From positions 497,117 through 561,116 of IMG/VR virus record IMGVR_UViG_3300046616_000314: a stretch of 64,000 nt of DNA, one strand, 5' to 3'. The translations under genes were made by a program, and so were the position numbers. The notes under the pieces are model-generated. The model made no database searches. It was not told the DNA's origin and saw only the letters and a list, made by a program, of their open reading frames with translations. This document shows, one piece after another, positions 12,396-23,123 of the stretch (the first letter of the stretch is position 1; each line of letters opens with the position of its first letter).

Positions 12396-13715
12396 ATGGC
12401 TGATAATAGACTTATTCGCTCACCACGTCAGGCTTCAACGGTTTACGGGTTGGACGGTAATACCGTCCCCCGTAAGAAGTCGCTTTTTTATGTTCGTTTC
12501 CGACGTTCGTCAAACGGGCAAAATAGTAGTGAATGGCAACAAAATTTAGGTTTCATCGTAAAGTCGATTGATCGTCCTTCGGTGCAACCTAATATTGAGG
12601 AGCTAAATCAATACAATAAGCGTCGTCAAGTCACGACAGGGTTTAAGCTACAAGCTATCCGCATGTCTCTATATGATACTGCGGATAGCCTTGTCATGCG
12701 TATGTGGGATGAATATACCCGCTGGTATTTTGGTGACTTCAACCAAGAAGATGACCGTTATTTCAAGTATGACGTTACGTCTGATGAAATGCTGAACAAC
12801 AACGGCGCCGGTTTCGGTTACGTACCTCGTTCGGGATTAGCAGACGAATTGGATTTGAATTCACAATTTTTCTTTGATGCAATCGAAGTCTACCAAGTCT
12901 TCGGTGGATATTTCACGCAATTTGACTTGATCCATCCTAAGATTTCGACTTTCGATCCCGATGATTTCGACTTCGAAAACACCACGCCTTCTACTATTCA
13001 GATGACTTTGAATTATGAGGCTATCAATTATCGCAACAGCGGCGCCCCTCTACCGATCAGTTCTAACGAACAAATCAGTGCAGCTTTCAATCAACAGTTT
13101 GATGGCAACACAATTGATACCGGTGATATTCCATCGAACAAACTGACACGTTTCAGTCAACCGGCTAGTCCGCCTAATTCTTCTTCTATTTTCGCGGATT
13201 TGTCAGGCTCCACAAACATTGGTTCGATCATGCGCAAGACATCATCGACCGTGGGTAGCGGCGTCCTGGGGGTGTTTGGGAACTATGACTTCGGAGCCCT
13301 CGCCACCGGAGTCGCTAACAATCTCGCGGGTAGCAATGATCCGAAGACTCGTAGCCTCGCGGTTGATGTCGCATACCTCGCTAAGGGTAGTCGTACGCTT
13401 GCTACGGCGTTGAATGTTGGCAAGACACTCAATCCCGCCGGTATTTCTGGCGTGAATGTAGCGGCTGGTTCTGCTGCATTGACTGCGGCTGGATCGACTA
13501 AAAACAACGCTTATGCCAACAAATATGTAAACAGTCAGCTTTTGAGTGGCGTGATTTCTTCCGCGATTATTGGCGGAAAAGATTCCAAATCACAAATTCT
13601 TTCTCAGGCGTCTTCGCTAGCTAGTAGTTCTGGGCTTGCTTTGAATTCACAAAGCATCGGAATTATTAATTCATTGCGCCCCGTTATTAGCCAGATTGGC
13701 TTCAACAAAGGATAA
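12396..13715 (+). CDS. tail-tube-like baseplate/tube initiator protein
   Basis: Tube-fold pattern VKSIDRPS...NQYNKRR...YD...IQMTLNYE with a low-complexity tail. Confidence 0.6.
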   Translation: MADNRLIRSPRQASTVYGLDGNTVPRKKSLFYVRFRRSSNGQNSSEWQQNLGFIVKSIDRPSVQPNIEELNQYNKRRQVTTGFKLQAIRMSLYDTADSLVMRMWDEYTRWYFGDFNQEDDRYFKYDVTSDEMLNNNGAGFGYVPRSGLADELDLNSQFFFDAIEVYQVFGGYFTQFDLIHPKISTFDPDDFDFENTTPSTIQMTLNYEAINYRNSGAPLPISSNEQISAAFNQQFDGNTIDTGDIPSNKLTRFSQPASPPNSSSIFADLSGSTNIGSIMRKTSSTVGSGVLGVFGNYDFGALATGVANNLAGSNDPKTRSLAVDVAYLAKGSRTLATALNVGKTLNPAGISGVNVAAGSAALTAAGSTKNNAYANKYVNSQLLSGVISSAIIGGKDSKSQILSQASSLASSSGLALNSQSIGIINSLRPVISQIGFNKG

Positions 13716-13716
13716 T

Positions 13717-14169
13717 ATGCTCGGAAAGAGAACCGCGCACGGAATATTCGTGCCCAAGAACCCACAAAAATATCGCGGAACCAACGCGGATAATATAACC
13801 TATCGTTCTAGCTGGGAACACACATTCATGAATATGTGTGATGCTCATCCTAATATTGTTCAATGGTCGTCGGAATGTATCTCTGTACCCTATCGTAACC
13901 CTCTAACCGGGCGATGGAGCATGTACGTTCCCGATTTCTTGATTGTATATATAGATAAGAAAGGTCAGCACCATTCGGAAATGATCGAGATCAAGCCCTT
14001 GAAAGAGACCCCTCTTTTTGAAGGTAAGGTTGGAAAGCAAGTAAAAATTTCACAGGCTATCAATCAAGCCAAGTGGACTGCCGCTCTCCAATTCTGCGTT
14101 AAGCGCGGGATCAAGTTCCGGGTTATGACAGAGAACGATTTGTTCGGATATAAGAGAAAAACTAAATGA
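13717..14169 (+). CDS. head completion nuclease (T4 gp4-like)
   Basis: PKNPQKY, YRSSWE, WSSE, YVPDF, EIKP, NQAKW, FRVMTE. Confidence 0.9.
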   Translation: MLGKRTAHGIFVPKNPQKYRGTNADNITYRSSWEHTFMNMCDAHPNIVQWSSECISVPYRNPLTGRWSMYVPDFLIVYIDKKGQHHSEMIEIKPLKETPLFEGKVGKQVKISQAINQAKWTAALQFCVKRGIKFRVMTENDLFGYKRKTK

Positions 14170-14690
14170 CACAAGGTATTATCAACACACTGAATCTTCC
14201 TAACATGGATGAGCTTTTCGCCGAAGGCGCGGAGAACGCGGAAAACCATGTCGAAATTGAAGATGATGTTGAGACCGAAACCGAATCTTCGGATGGTGAT
14301 GCACTAGTTCTTCAAAAAGCCCAAGAAGTTTTGGGTTTGATGAACGGAAAAGAGCATGGACAAAAGACTAACGAAATCCATGACCAAACACTGAAGCACG
14401 CACAAGAAATCGTTGATCTTTCGTTCAACGTTGATCAACGTTCGCAACGCGGGCTTCTAGAAGTTGCGGCTTCTTTCTATAAGAATGCCCTGGACGCAGC
14501 CAATTCCAAGCGTGATGCCGAATTGAAAGCCATGAAGCTTGCGCTAGAGAAGCGCAAACTTGACATGGAAGAACATCGCATGAAGGCGGAACTTGGTGAC
14601 AAATCGCTCGCTACGGAAGGTGTCATCGTGGAAAACCGCAACGACATCATCCGTAAGCTGATCGAAATGCGGAACCAAGCAAAACCTTAA
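14166..14690 (+). CDS. hypothetical acidic/coiled-coil protein
   Basis: Coupled to the gp4-like gene. Confidence 0.65.
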   Translation: MTQGIINTLNLPNMDELFAEGAENAENHVEIEDDVETETESSDGDALVLQKAQEVLGLMNGKEHGQKTNEIHDQTLKHAQEIVDLSFNVDQRSQRGLLEVAASFYKNALDAANSKRDAELKAMKLALEKRKLDMEEHRMKAELGDKSLATEGVIVENRNDIIRKLIEMRNQAKP

Positions 14691-15346
14691 AGGCGGTTTT
14701 TCATCTTTTGCATGATGACGAGCGATTCCCAATCGCATTCGAACATAGTCAATTCGTATGCATACCCGTTAGTACCACGCGATCCGCCCGTTCCTGAAAA
14801 AAGCCCGGTGTTGTTCAAGATGTCACTTCCACTAGCGGAATCGTGATATCCAGCACCTTCGGGTTTCCGAATGACGAAACTGATTCTACCAGACCAACCA
14901 AGTAGTTTTTCGGCGCCACTTGGATTATTGTTATCACGCCTCAGTGGACGCCCCAAACGCAAAGGGCGAGCCCAATAAGTAGTCTGATATCCGTAATGAA
15001 TATCCGAGATTTCGAAATTCGTGATCTTGGTTTTGCGTACAAATTCGCGCCGTTTTTGTTGGCTCTTGGTCAGCTTCCCCTTCGGGGTGCCATACCGGAA
15101 TTCTTCATTGGCTAGATAGTTCTCCATGATGACATGAGAATTATCTTCCATCCACTTACAGATTTCCGTGAACGACCCACACCCGCGCAGTTCGTCCATT
15201 TTCTCGTCAAGTGCCCTGCGAATGCTCGCAATACGCTCATCGTAGCGACGCTTCCAATAGCGATCACAGGAATATCGCGCATACTCTTCGCGAGTGGCGA
15301 AAAATTCCTGAGTTTTAGGGCAACGATACGCAGTGACACGCGGCAT
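14687..15346 (-). CDS. hypothetical protein
   Basis: 219-aa ORF with GAGG RBS and TTGACT upstream. Confidence 0.65.
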   Translation of the reverse strand: MPRVTAYRCPKTQEFFATREEYARYSCDRYWKRRYDERIASIRRALDEKMDELRGCGSFTEICKWMEDNSHVIMENYLANEEFRYGTPKGKLTKSQQKRREFVRKTKITNFEISDIHYGYQTTYWARPLRLGRPLRRDNNNPSGAEKLLGWSGRISFVIRKPEGAGYHDSASGSDILNNTGLFSGTGGSRGTNGYAYELTMFECDWESLVIMQKMKNRL

Positions 15347-15439
15347 AGGAAATCCTCATTAATATGGGTGCAATCTAGCAAAACATATTGAAAAGTCAAG
15401 TCGAATAAATATAAGATAGTTTTTAGGAACGCCATAATC

Positions 15440-16219
15440 ATGTCTATTAAGAAGTATCTCGCCGAGGGCGAAAAGCACTACCAATATCGTTTGAAGACGG
15501 TTATGAAGTTGGACGACGACGCAATGGATCGCGTCGAACGTGTTCTGTTGAAGCACCTTCCGGTGGACATTAGCCGTCCTAAGAAGATGATGTTCCAAGC
15601 CCGTCCTCTAGATTTCACCAACGTCGAAAACGCTGAAATTTATTTCGTGGATTTCACCCTAGAGCTTCCCGCTTCTCCTAACGTTTTGGAGAGCGAAATT
15701 CGTATCGCTCTGAAAGCACCGGCTCCCTATGTCATCGTTCGTGGTTTCAATGACCCGACCGCTCTTGAGCAAAACTTGCTGGACGCAGAAGGCGCCATGG
15801 CAATCGCTGCTGCAAAAGAAGGTATGACCCCTGGCGCCCTGATGGACGAAGGTAATTACGCTGATGGTGATGAACCGGAAACTCCGTTGTACGGCGATGC
15901 ATACAACGCAAAACTAAAAGACTATCTGCGTACGATCCAAAAAGATGATCCGACCAACAAGAAGATCGATGCTCCGAATGCTCTCTTCAAGTGGATGGAT
16001 ATGCCCAAGGATGGTGCCGATGACAACATGGCGTTCAACAACGGCATCAAAGACGCCCCTGGTCTCGGTAAGGCTGGCACAAAAGAAAAGCCGGTTGAAA
16101 CTTCGCCGGAAGGAAATCTTGACGATACACAGAAGCGTTACAAGCGTCTCTACGGTAAGGATGGTACTCGCGTAGCATTGACCCGTACTAGTGATGAAGT
16201 TCGCAAGGGTGGCAACTAA
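15440..16219 (+). CDS. hypothetical late/virion protein
   Basis: ATAAATA upstream; N-terminus MSIKKYLAE. Confidence 0.7.
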   Translation: MSIKKYLAEGEKHYQYRLKTVMKLDDDAMDRVERVLLKHLPVDISRPKKMMFQARPLDFTNVENAEIYFVDFTLELPASPNVLESEIRIALKAPAPYVIVRGFNDPTALEQNLLDAEGAMAIAAAKEGMTPGALMDEGNYADGDEPETPLYGDAYNAKLKDYLRTIQKDDPTNKKIDAPNALFKWMDMPKDGADDNMAFNNGIKDAPGLGKAGTKEKPVETSPEGNLDDTQKRYKRLYGKDGTRVALTRTSDEVRKGGN

Positions 16220-17046
16220 TGGCTGATATGCGCTCTCTTCTGCGGATTGTCGAAGGTTGGGAAAAAACCAAGACGAATATGCCGCAACGAATGACATCGG
16301 GACGGTATTCGGACAACCCGATGAAGGATGCTGCTGGTCAGGAATTCCGTAACACGTCACCGCGTTATGCAGATAACCCATTGAAAGAAGACAACGAATT
16401 TCCTCAATACCCCCAAGAAACATTGGACACGCTTCGTGGTCTATTGAATTCCATTGGTGTTGAAGATGATCGTATTGCCCGTGGTGTTGAATTGCAGCCT
16501 TCGGGTTATGCGAAGATCGCGGGAACCATGGGTATTCATCAAAAAGATGTCGTTCGTATGATCGCATTCTTGCGTACCGATCTCCAAGACGATGAAGAAC
16601 AATTGGACGAATCCGAAGACCCGCGTTTTACCTATGAAAAAGACATCATCGGAAACGTAACGGTTCGTGACACCATCACCGGTAAAGAAGAATATATCCA
16701 AGGCGAGCCCGCTTCACAGTTGCTCAATCGTTTGAAGTCAGGTACAGATGAGCAACAATTGCTTAGCTTGTATTTCAAGGATGAGCCTCACGAACTGCAT
16801 GAGGATGACAATTTGTTTAGCCCGTCTGATGACAATTTTGAAGACGAAATCAACAGCAAAAGCGGTTCATACAATTTCCCCTGGAACATTGGTGACGAAC
16901 ATGGCACGGCTACGGCGACCTATACCGATGATGGAAAGATCAAGGTAGTCAGCCTACGTGACGAAGAGGGTCATGAGCTTCAGATGGACCCGGCTATCAA
17001 AGACCAAATTCTTCAACAAGCTATTTCGTTTATTTCAGAGGTATAA
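16219..17046 (+). CDS. acidic hypothetical protein, possibly internal head
   Basis: MRSLLRIVE N-terminus; several LxE motifs. Confidence 0.65.
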   Translation: MADMRSLLRIVEGWEKTKTNMPQRMTSGRYSDNPMKDAAGQEFRNTSPRYADNPLKEDNEFPQYPQETLDTLRGLLNSIGVEDDRIARGVELQPSGYAKIAGTMGIHQKDVVRMIAFLRTDLQDDEEQLDESEDPRFTYEKDIIGNVTVRDTITGKEEYIQGEPASQLLNRLKSGTDEQQLLSLYFKDEPHELHEDDNLFSPSDDNFEDEINSKSGSYNFPWNIGDEHGTATATYTDDGKIKVVSLRDEEGHELQMDPAIKDQILQQAISFISEV

Positions 17047-17047
17047 T

Positions 17048-18031
17048 ATGTATATCAAGGAATTGTTTGAAGACGTTACGCCTTCTGATAACGAATCAAT
17101 TCTTTATCACGGCATGAGCTTTACTCGTGCAGTCGGTGCGATGATGGACAATTCCATTCATGGTCCTTCTGGTGGAGTGACTATGTTTACGGATATGTCG
17201 GCTGCTAAAAAGCAAGCTCGCGAATCGGTAAAAGACCCCAAAAATCTGTATGGTGCGATTGGTGCCATTTCAGCCAAGGTCGAAAACGAACTTCCTCCGG
17301 TTGGTGTTGTTTTCGAATTGAATGGCTATCGTTTGACCAAGGGATATCATATCCAACCGTTGAACGTCGGTTTCTCGGGCACATACCGGGTCGATGGTGA
17401 GATTCACGAACTGCGTCAATTCATTGAACACTTGGAATATCCCAAGACTGTTGCTCGTGCCTATATCGAACGTCTGGTGCAAGCCGCTGCTGAATTGGGT
17501 GATGATTACGTTGCTCAACGTTTTGTTGCGACCGCAAAAGATTTCATCGGCTCGATCAGCGAAGCATACGATCCCGAAAAAGAAAAAGTTCATTTCGACG
17601 CCTTGGATCGTACTGGTTTCTATGGTGCGCAAGGTGCAGGCTGCATTATCCTAGCAAAAGACACTGGTCGTTTGCTGTTTAATCACCGAAGCAATATGGT
17701 TGAACAACCGGGCACTTGGGGTAACTGGGGTGGAGCAATTGATCCTAATGAAGACCCCGCCGTTGCAGCGCGCCGCGAAGTTCAAGAAGAAGCTGAATAC
17801 CACGGTCCTCTAGAACTATTCCCGTTGTTGGTGTTTACAAAGGGTACGTTCCGCTATTCGAATTTCCTCGCTGTCGTAGCTTCAGAATTTGAACCGCAAT
17901 TGGATTGGGAAAGCCAAGGATATCGTTGGTGTGACTTCGGTGATTTCCCTGAACCGCTGCACTTCGGCATGGTTTCATTGTTCAACGACCCGGCGAGCGT
18001 CGCAACGATCAAATCGCACCTGAAAAAATAG
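17048..18031 (+). CDS. NUDIX hydrolase with N-terminal ART-like domain
   Basis: NUDIX box GGAIDPNEDPAVAARREVQEEA; N-terminal ILYHG...VVFELN; MYIKELFE leader. Confidence 0.8.
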   Translation: MYIKELFEDVTPSDNESILYHGMSFTRAVGAMMDNSIHGPSGGVTMFTDMSAAKKQARESVKDPKNLYGAIGAISAKVENELPPVGVVFELNGYRLTKGYHIQPLNVGFSGTYRVDGEIHELRQFIEHLEYPKTVARAYIERLVQAAAELGDDYVAQRFVATAKDFIGSISEAYDPEKEKVHFDALDRTGFYGAQGAGCIILAKDTGRLLFNHRSNMVEQPGTWGNWGGAIDPNEDPAVAARREVQEEAEYHGPLELFPLLVFTKGTFRYSNFLAVVASEFEPQLDWESQGYRWCDFGDFPEPLHFGMVSLFNDPASVATIKSHLKK

Positions 18032-18090
18032 TAGCATTTAAAATTTAAATTTCGTATAGGGCGCCCCTGAGTAATTTCTTGAGGCGCCCT

Positions 18091-18396
18091 ATGACTGTTA
18101 CCCTGGCTCAAAGCGAATTGGCAAAGACCGTGCCTTGCGGGCATTGTGAAGCTAAGGCAGGGCATTCATGTGTTGATTGGCGAAAGAAGCCGATCCGTTA
18201 CTCGCATTCGTCGCGCGTTCTCCAAGCACAAAAGCAAGACGTATCCAAAGATGAATGGACGCCTCAACCTACTCTAAATAATTTTGCTGGCGATATTGAT
18301 ACGCTGGTATCTCGTCTGATGGAATTGAAGGCGAAGGGCTTTCAAAACGTTGCCGTTCAAGGCGGTTATTACACCGCTCTGGTTTCCGCAAACTGA
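18091..18396 (+). CDS. small zinc-finger protein
   Basis: CGHC...C...H..R pattern. Confidence 0.55.
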   Translation: MTVTLAQSELAKTVPCGHCEAKAGHSCVDWRKKPIRYSHSSRVLQAQKQDVSKDEWTPQPTLNNFAGDIDTLVSRLMELKAKGFQNVAVQGGYYTALVSAN

Positions 18397-18461
18397 CCAA
18401 AATTTTCATGGAATTTGGTGGTTTCGTGTGCTAACGTCACCGTCTGGTTTGGGATTCCAAA

Positions 18462-18842
18462 ATGTCTGATATTGAAAACGCTCGCGGTACAACTTTCCTT
18501 AATGAAATGGGTGACATCGAAATCACCTGGGAACCCGCGCAAGATGCAGCCATGCGCGAGATCATCGAAAAGAAAATGAGCGAAGGTGTTCGCTTTATGA
18601 TTCTTGCCCCGATTTTGGGTACGTTCCTGAAAGCCAAGCGTCGCATCAAATCGGTTGACGAACTTCAGACGCTAAGCATCCGTGTCAAGGACCCGGATAT
18701 TGAAGCCCTGTTCAAGGCTGGCAAGGTGTCTCTTGAACGCGCTGAAAACACCGGGACGATCAACCCGGTTGGCTACGCGAAGACTGCGGATGATGCCGTT
18801 AAAAACCGCACTGTGGCTGTCAAAGCCTATCAAGGTGGCTGA
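18462..18842 (+). CDS. hypothetical protein
   Basis: Coupled (TGATG) to the next gene. Confidence 0.7.
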   Translation: MSDIENARGTTFLNEMGDIEITWEPAQDAAMREIIEKKMSEGVRFMILAPILGTFLKAKRRIKSVDELQTLSIRVKDPDIEALFKAGKVSLERAENTGTINPVGYAKTADDAVKNRTVAVKAYQGG

Positions 18843-20098
18843 TGCCCGCTCCTGATGTTGCTTATTTTCTAGATTGTTCGGTGCAATGCGGACATATGGG
18901 TGGTGATACCTATCACTACTTTATGAACGTGTGTCCTGACACCAACGAGATTCTAGACAATTACGACAAACTGGAACGCCCGCCGGGCGAACGCCATATG
19001 CATACCCTATTGGATATGGGTCTCTATCATGAAGACCTGTATCTGAATTGGCGGCATCACAACCGCCAAGACTCTGTAATCGCATCCTTCAATGGAATGC
19101 GCCCCGTTTCCTATACCATTAAGGAACTGGGTTTGACTGCGGTCAACGAACTATACTCGCTAGGTAAAGAGAACCTAGATCGCCCCGGTATGGAACACTT
19201 GCAAGCCAAATACAAATTTGAAACTTGTATTGCTTTGCAGCGTCGATCCATTGCACGCTCGCACGCGGATATGTCGCAACTTTCTACGACAGAAATTCGG
19301 GCGATCCGATTGGATTCCGATGCCCGTGAACGTCAGCAAATGATCGCTGCGCAAGAAGCGCGCAATCAGTATATCAATCCCAATGCACTTCCTGCCCTTC
19401 CCGATGAGGAATGGAATGACGGGCGATGGACACCCACGCCGAAACTAACCGGACCTGAACTGGTTCGTGCTCAACGTTTGCTCCAAGATAAAAACCGGCG
19501 CGTTGTCAAACGAAGCATTAAATTTTTTGAAAAGCTGGTTGGTTCAACGACTGCCCGATTGCTGATTTCTGGCGACAGAATTCGTATTGAGGGTAAGCAT
19601 GGCGTTTATGAAATCAAGAAATCTGGCACGCTGACTGCCGCCCACGGTGCAGCGCGATTGTCTGTGTTCACAAAGAAAAATGATCTGCATCTTTGTGACG
19701 TGTGCATTTACACACCTAATGTTCCGATGCTTGATCACGTCGCCGCGATGATTATGGATATACAGTGCGGCAACGAAGAACAAATTCTATCAATCGGCAA
19801 TCCTTACAACGTGTCGGTACATGCGCGCGAACAGGATTGGCTCGTTCCATTTTTGCCAAAACAAACCCTTGGTGTGAACGGAATTATTTTTGCGGACCAT
19901 ATTACCGCTGGAATGATAACCGGAAATCAAATGCTTGCGTATGGTCCTCGTGAGCTTGAAGACCCGAAAGCCATCGCAGAGCGGGTCCGTATCCAAACAC
20001 TTCTCCGAAAGAGTGTTAGTAAATATTTGTACAACGAACTGATTGATGATTTCGCCGATAGTTATCGCAAAGTCATGGCGTACGCCGAACCATATTAG
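18842..20098 (+). CDS. hypothetical protein
   Basis: 418-aa ORF. Confidence 0.7.
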   Translation: MPAPDVAYFLDCSVQCGHMGGDTYHYFMNVCPDTNEILDNYDKLERPPGERHMHTLLDMGLYHEDLYLNWRHHNRQDSVIASFNGMRPVSYTIKELGLTAVNELYSLGKENLDRPGMEHLQAKYKFETCIALQRRSIARSHADMSQLSTTEIRAIRLDSDARERQQMIAAQEARNQYINPNALPALPDEEWNDGRWTPTPKLTGPELVRAQRLLQDKNRRVVKRSIKFFEKLVGSTTARLLISGDRIRIEGKHGVYEIKKSGTLTAAHGAARLSVFTKKNDLHLCDVCIYTPNVPMLDHVAAMIMDIQCGNEEQILSIGNPYNVSVHAREQDWLVPFLPKQTLGVNGIIFADHITAGMITGNQMLAYGPRELEDPKAIAERVRIQTLLRKSVSKYLYNELIDDFADSYRKVMAYAEPY

Positions 20099-20162
20099 TG
20101 CTTGACAAATTTCGTAGCACGTATAGATTACCGATATTCTTTGATGGTTTCGGGAGATATGC

Positions 20163-20858
20163 GTGGAAAAGACCCTCGGACAAATTGCCGCTGAAGCCAT
20201 CGCCGCTGGTAAGCTGGCTGAAGCTGCGGCAACGGTAGACGAAGCCGAAGCGCATCAGCGCAAGATCGCTCTCGCTGTTGAACGTGCCAAGAATTTCGTT
20301 TCCGAAGCCAAGGAACGCATCAGCGGCGCCATCATGTCGAATCGCAAGATTCCCGCCATCAAGGTTCTTCCGTCGCTCCGGGTTTATAGCCCCAAGCGCG
20401 ATGATGTTGGCGTTCGCGTCGGCGGCGATATGCTGTTTCCTCACGCCTCGGAACAATATGCCGAACTGGTTCGCTGGGGTGCCGAAAACGATCTCGATAT
20501 CACGCTTCAAAATCAACACGATGGCGTAGGTATGGAAGACTGGTACGTCGTCCACACGGTTCCGACTGTCTTGCTCAATAAGAAGCGCGATGCCTACTTC
20601 GCTGCCCTGAAGGGGCATGACGTAAATGGCAAGAACGCCAACCCGACCATCTTCGTCAAGCTGCTGAAGAGTGACAATAAGGTCATTCAGTATCCGGCTT
20701 TGGGTCTTCTGGAAATCCATGAGAAGACTTCGGATGCGCTGATCAACGTCGCGACCTTCCGTCAACTGAACAAGGACGGCACGCTTGGTGCCAAGGTCGG
20801 CGCCAGCCGCCCGGTGTTCGAATTCGACTCCGCTATCCTGACCGAGGGTCTGAAGTAA
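20163..20858 (+). CDS. hypothetical early protein
   Basis: TTGACA-16-TAGATT promoter at 20102; GGAG RBS. Confidence 0.7.
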   Translation: MEKTLGQIAAEAIAAGKLAEAAATVDEAEAHQRKIALAVERAKNFVSEAKERISGAIMSNRKIPAIKVLPSLRVYSPKRDDVGVRVGGDMLFPHASEQYAELVRWGAENDLDITLQNQHDGVGMEDWYVVHTVPTVLLNKKRDAYFAALKGHDVNGKNANPTIFVKLLKSDNKVIQYPALGLLEIHEKTSDALINVATFRQLNKDGTLGAKVGASRPVFEFDSAILTEGLK

Positions 20859-20859
20859 C

Positions 20860-22086
20860 ATGCTGAACCCTCTCATTTTTTTGCTGATCGGTATTCCGAT
20901 TGCGATTTCGCTGCTGTTCTATGCTGCGCTGCGAATCTTCGCGCCCAATTCGGAATTCAAGATCACGCTTCCCGAACTGGGCGTTCAAGCCCTGGTGGGT
21001 ACGCTCTGTATCGCCCTAGTTTGGTGCGTAGGCAATGCTAGCGCGCACTACGATACCGAAGTGCTCAATGGCGCCGTGGTCGCTAAGAAGCCCTGGACGT
21101 TCTCTTGTCCGATTAACACGAGCAATCCATGTCGTAATGGCTACGACTGTAATTGCGTACAAGTGCCGTATGATTGCAGCACGACGACTACGGATTCCAA
21201 GGGCAATAGCGTCACTGTTCCCCAGACGTGCTATCGCACCGAATGCGATACTTGCTACAAGTACGACTGGGAACGTAACTGGTATATCTATACCAATCTT
21301 CCTGGCGATAAATCTTACGAGATTGATCGAATTGACGCACAAGGCGCGGACGAACCTTCACGCTGGACCAAGACCCGCATCGGTGATGGTGCCAGCATCA
21401 CTCACCGCTATAAGAACTGGGTCCGTGCATCCGCCGATTCCCTATTCCATGCGGATAAGGAAAAGGCTGAACGATACGCGCCGATCATCGCCGAATATCC
21501 GACTGAGATTTACGACTACTACAAGGTGGATCGCGTCGCGGCTGCTAATTTCAAGTTTGCCAATGAGTATGCTTGGAATGAAGAAATCGGTCGCACTCTC
21601 GCGGTTGTTGGTCCGAAGCGTCAGATGAATTTGGTCGTTGTCATCGTCAATAACGTTGGGCGTGACTATGCCCCGGCTGTTCGTCGTAATTGGCAAGGGT
21701 TCAAGAAGAACGACGCCATTCTGTTCATCGGTCTGCACAATGGAACGATTGATTGGGCAGAGTCTATGTCTTGGTCCAAGAATGCTCTGTTTGACGTACA
21801 GATGCGTAATCTTGTGATCGATTACGAAGGAAAGAACATCAATTCGGTTGACCCGGTTGAATTCTTTGGTAAGGTGCGTACGATTTCGGAGACGCAGTAT
21901 GTGCGTCGCCCGATGAAAGAGTTTGAGTATCTGAAGGGCAACATTCCGCCCCCGAAGGGTCTTGTGATTACTGCGGTAATCCTGGGTATCCTCTTGGGTA
22001 TCGGAACCAGCTACCTATTCTATCGGATTGATCTGATGGCATTGTTTACTGGTCGTTACTCTTCTTCTCCGCGTTATCGCTATTAA
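20860..22086 (+). CDS. membrane protein with Cys-rich extracytoplasmic domain
   Basis: Two N-terminal TMs, Cys cluster, one C-terminal TM. Confidence 0.75.
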   Translation: MLNPLIFLLIGIPIAISLLFYAALRIFAPNSEFKITLPELGVQALVGTLCIALVWCVGNASAHYDTEVLNGAVVAKKPWTFSCPINTSNPCRNGYDCNCVQVPYDCSTTTTDSKGNSVTVPQTCYRTECDTCYKYDWERNWYIYTNLPGDKSYEIDRIDAQGADEPSRWTKTRIGDGASITHRYKNWVRASADSLFHADKEKAERYAPIIAEYPTEIYDYYKVDRVAAANFKFANEYAWNEEIGRTLAVVGPKRQMNLVVVIVNNVGRDYAPAVRRNWQGFKKNDAILFIGLHNGTIDWAESMSWSKNALFDVQMRNLVIDYEGKNINSVDPVEFFGKVRTISETQYVRRPMKEFEYLKGNIPPPKGLVITAVILGILLGIGTSYLFYRIDLMALFTGRYSSSPRYRY

Positions 22087-22111
22087 TTTCAACAGACAAA
22101 AGGGTTAAAAC

Positions 22112-22696
22112 ATGAGCAAGGGTTCGGGTATTGGTGGTCTGGCTGTCGCTGGGATCATCGCCGCTGTCGTCGTGGCTTTCGGTGTGTTCGGCTTCGTTCA
22201 GTACGCCAACACCGTCGCCTATGGTACGCGCACGGAAGCGGGCATCGAGGCAACGTGGCAGAACAACACGAACATCCTCGGCACGTACACCACCAAGATC
22301 AGCGAAATGGCGCAAGTTCCGAGCATGGCTCGCAACGACCTGACCAAGGTTCTGAAGGCGGCGTTCGGTGATCAAGGTCGCGCGGGCTCGCAAGCCGCCG
22401 TGCAGTTCGTTCGCGAAGCCTATCCGGGTACGATGGATGCGACGCTGTATCGTCGTCTCCAAGAGACCATGGAAGCCGGTCGTAACGAATTCCGCGACAA
22501 CCAAACCAAGCTGATCGACCAAAAGCGCGACTACGAAGTTTCGCTGGGCACGGTCTGGACCGGCGGTTGGCTGAAGATGGCTGGCTTCCCGCGCAAGGAC
22601 ATGACGAAGTTCAATATCGTCACGTCTTCGTCCGCCCAAGAATCGTTCCGTACGGGCGTCGATAACGGCGTCAAGCTGCCGGGCGCCGACAACTAA
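22112..22696 (+). CDS. LemA-like membrane-anchored protein
   Basis: N-terminal TM, helical body, EAYP, EAGRNEF...Y. Confidence 0.6.
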   Translation: MSKGSGIGGLAVAGIIAAVVVAFGVFGFVQYANTVAYGTRTEAGIEATWQNNTNILGTYTTKISEMAQVPSMARNDLTKVLKAAFGDQGRAGSQAAVQFVREAYPGTMDATLYRRLQETMEAGRNEFRDNQTKLIDQKRDYEVSLGTVWTGGWLKMAGFPRKDMTKFNIVTSSSAQESFRTGVDNGVKLPGADN

Positions 22697-22756
22697 GACC
22701 GCGAATGCGCCGGGGGAAAACCCGGCGTCTTTCCCATCAAATCAAACGAGGAAAAC

Positions 22757-23023
22757 ATGACCGGTCTAGAAACTGCTGACAAGGTTATCGCTGACATTCT
22801 CGCCCACGGTGGCAAGGACTATTCGGCGGCTCGCCAGGAAATCGCCGATTTGTTCGATGAAACCCTCTGGAATGGAAACTGGGACGCTACGACCGATTTC
22901 AACCCCGGTCTTCCCAATCTCCGGTTCATCCAAGAGGACGAATACGATCAGCACATGGACGATGAGCGTCCCTCCAAGAAGATGATCTGCTATTCGTGTG
23001 GTCACTACGTCTTCCCGGCGTAA
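22757..23023 (+). CDS. hypothetical protein
   Basis: GAGG RBS; terminator follows at ~23045-23076. Confidence 0.65.
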   Translation: MTGLETADKVIADILAHGGKDYSAARQEIADLFDETLWNGNWDATTDFNPGLPNLRFIQEDEYDQHMDDERPSKKMICYSCGHYVFPA

Positions 23024-23123
23024 AGCAAACCACCTAGCGACAAAGGAAAGCCAGGGCGAAAGCTCTGGCTTTTTTGCATTCAACAATCATAAATAATCTG
23101 TGTGGAATTTATGATTGGCTCCA

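Noticed and set aside
14166-14690. Small terminase assignment
   Set aside because: The size and coiled coil are compatible, but there is no recognisable motif and it is not adjacent to terL.
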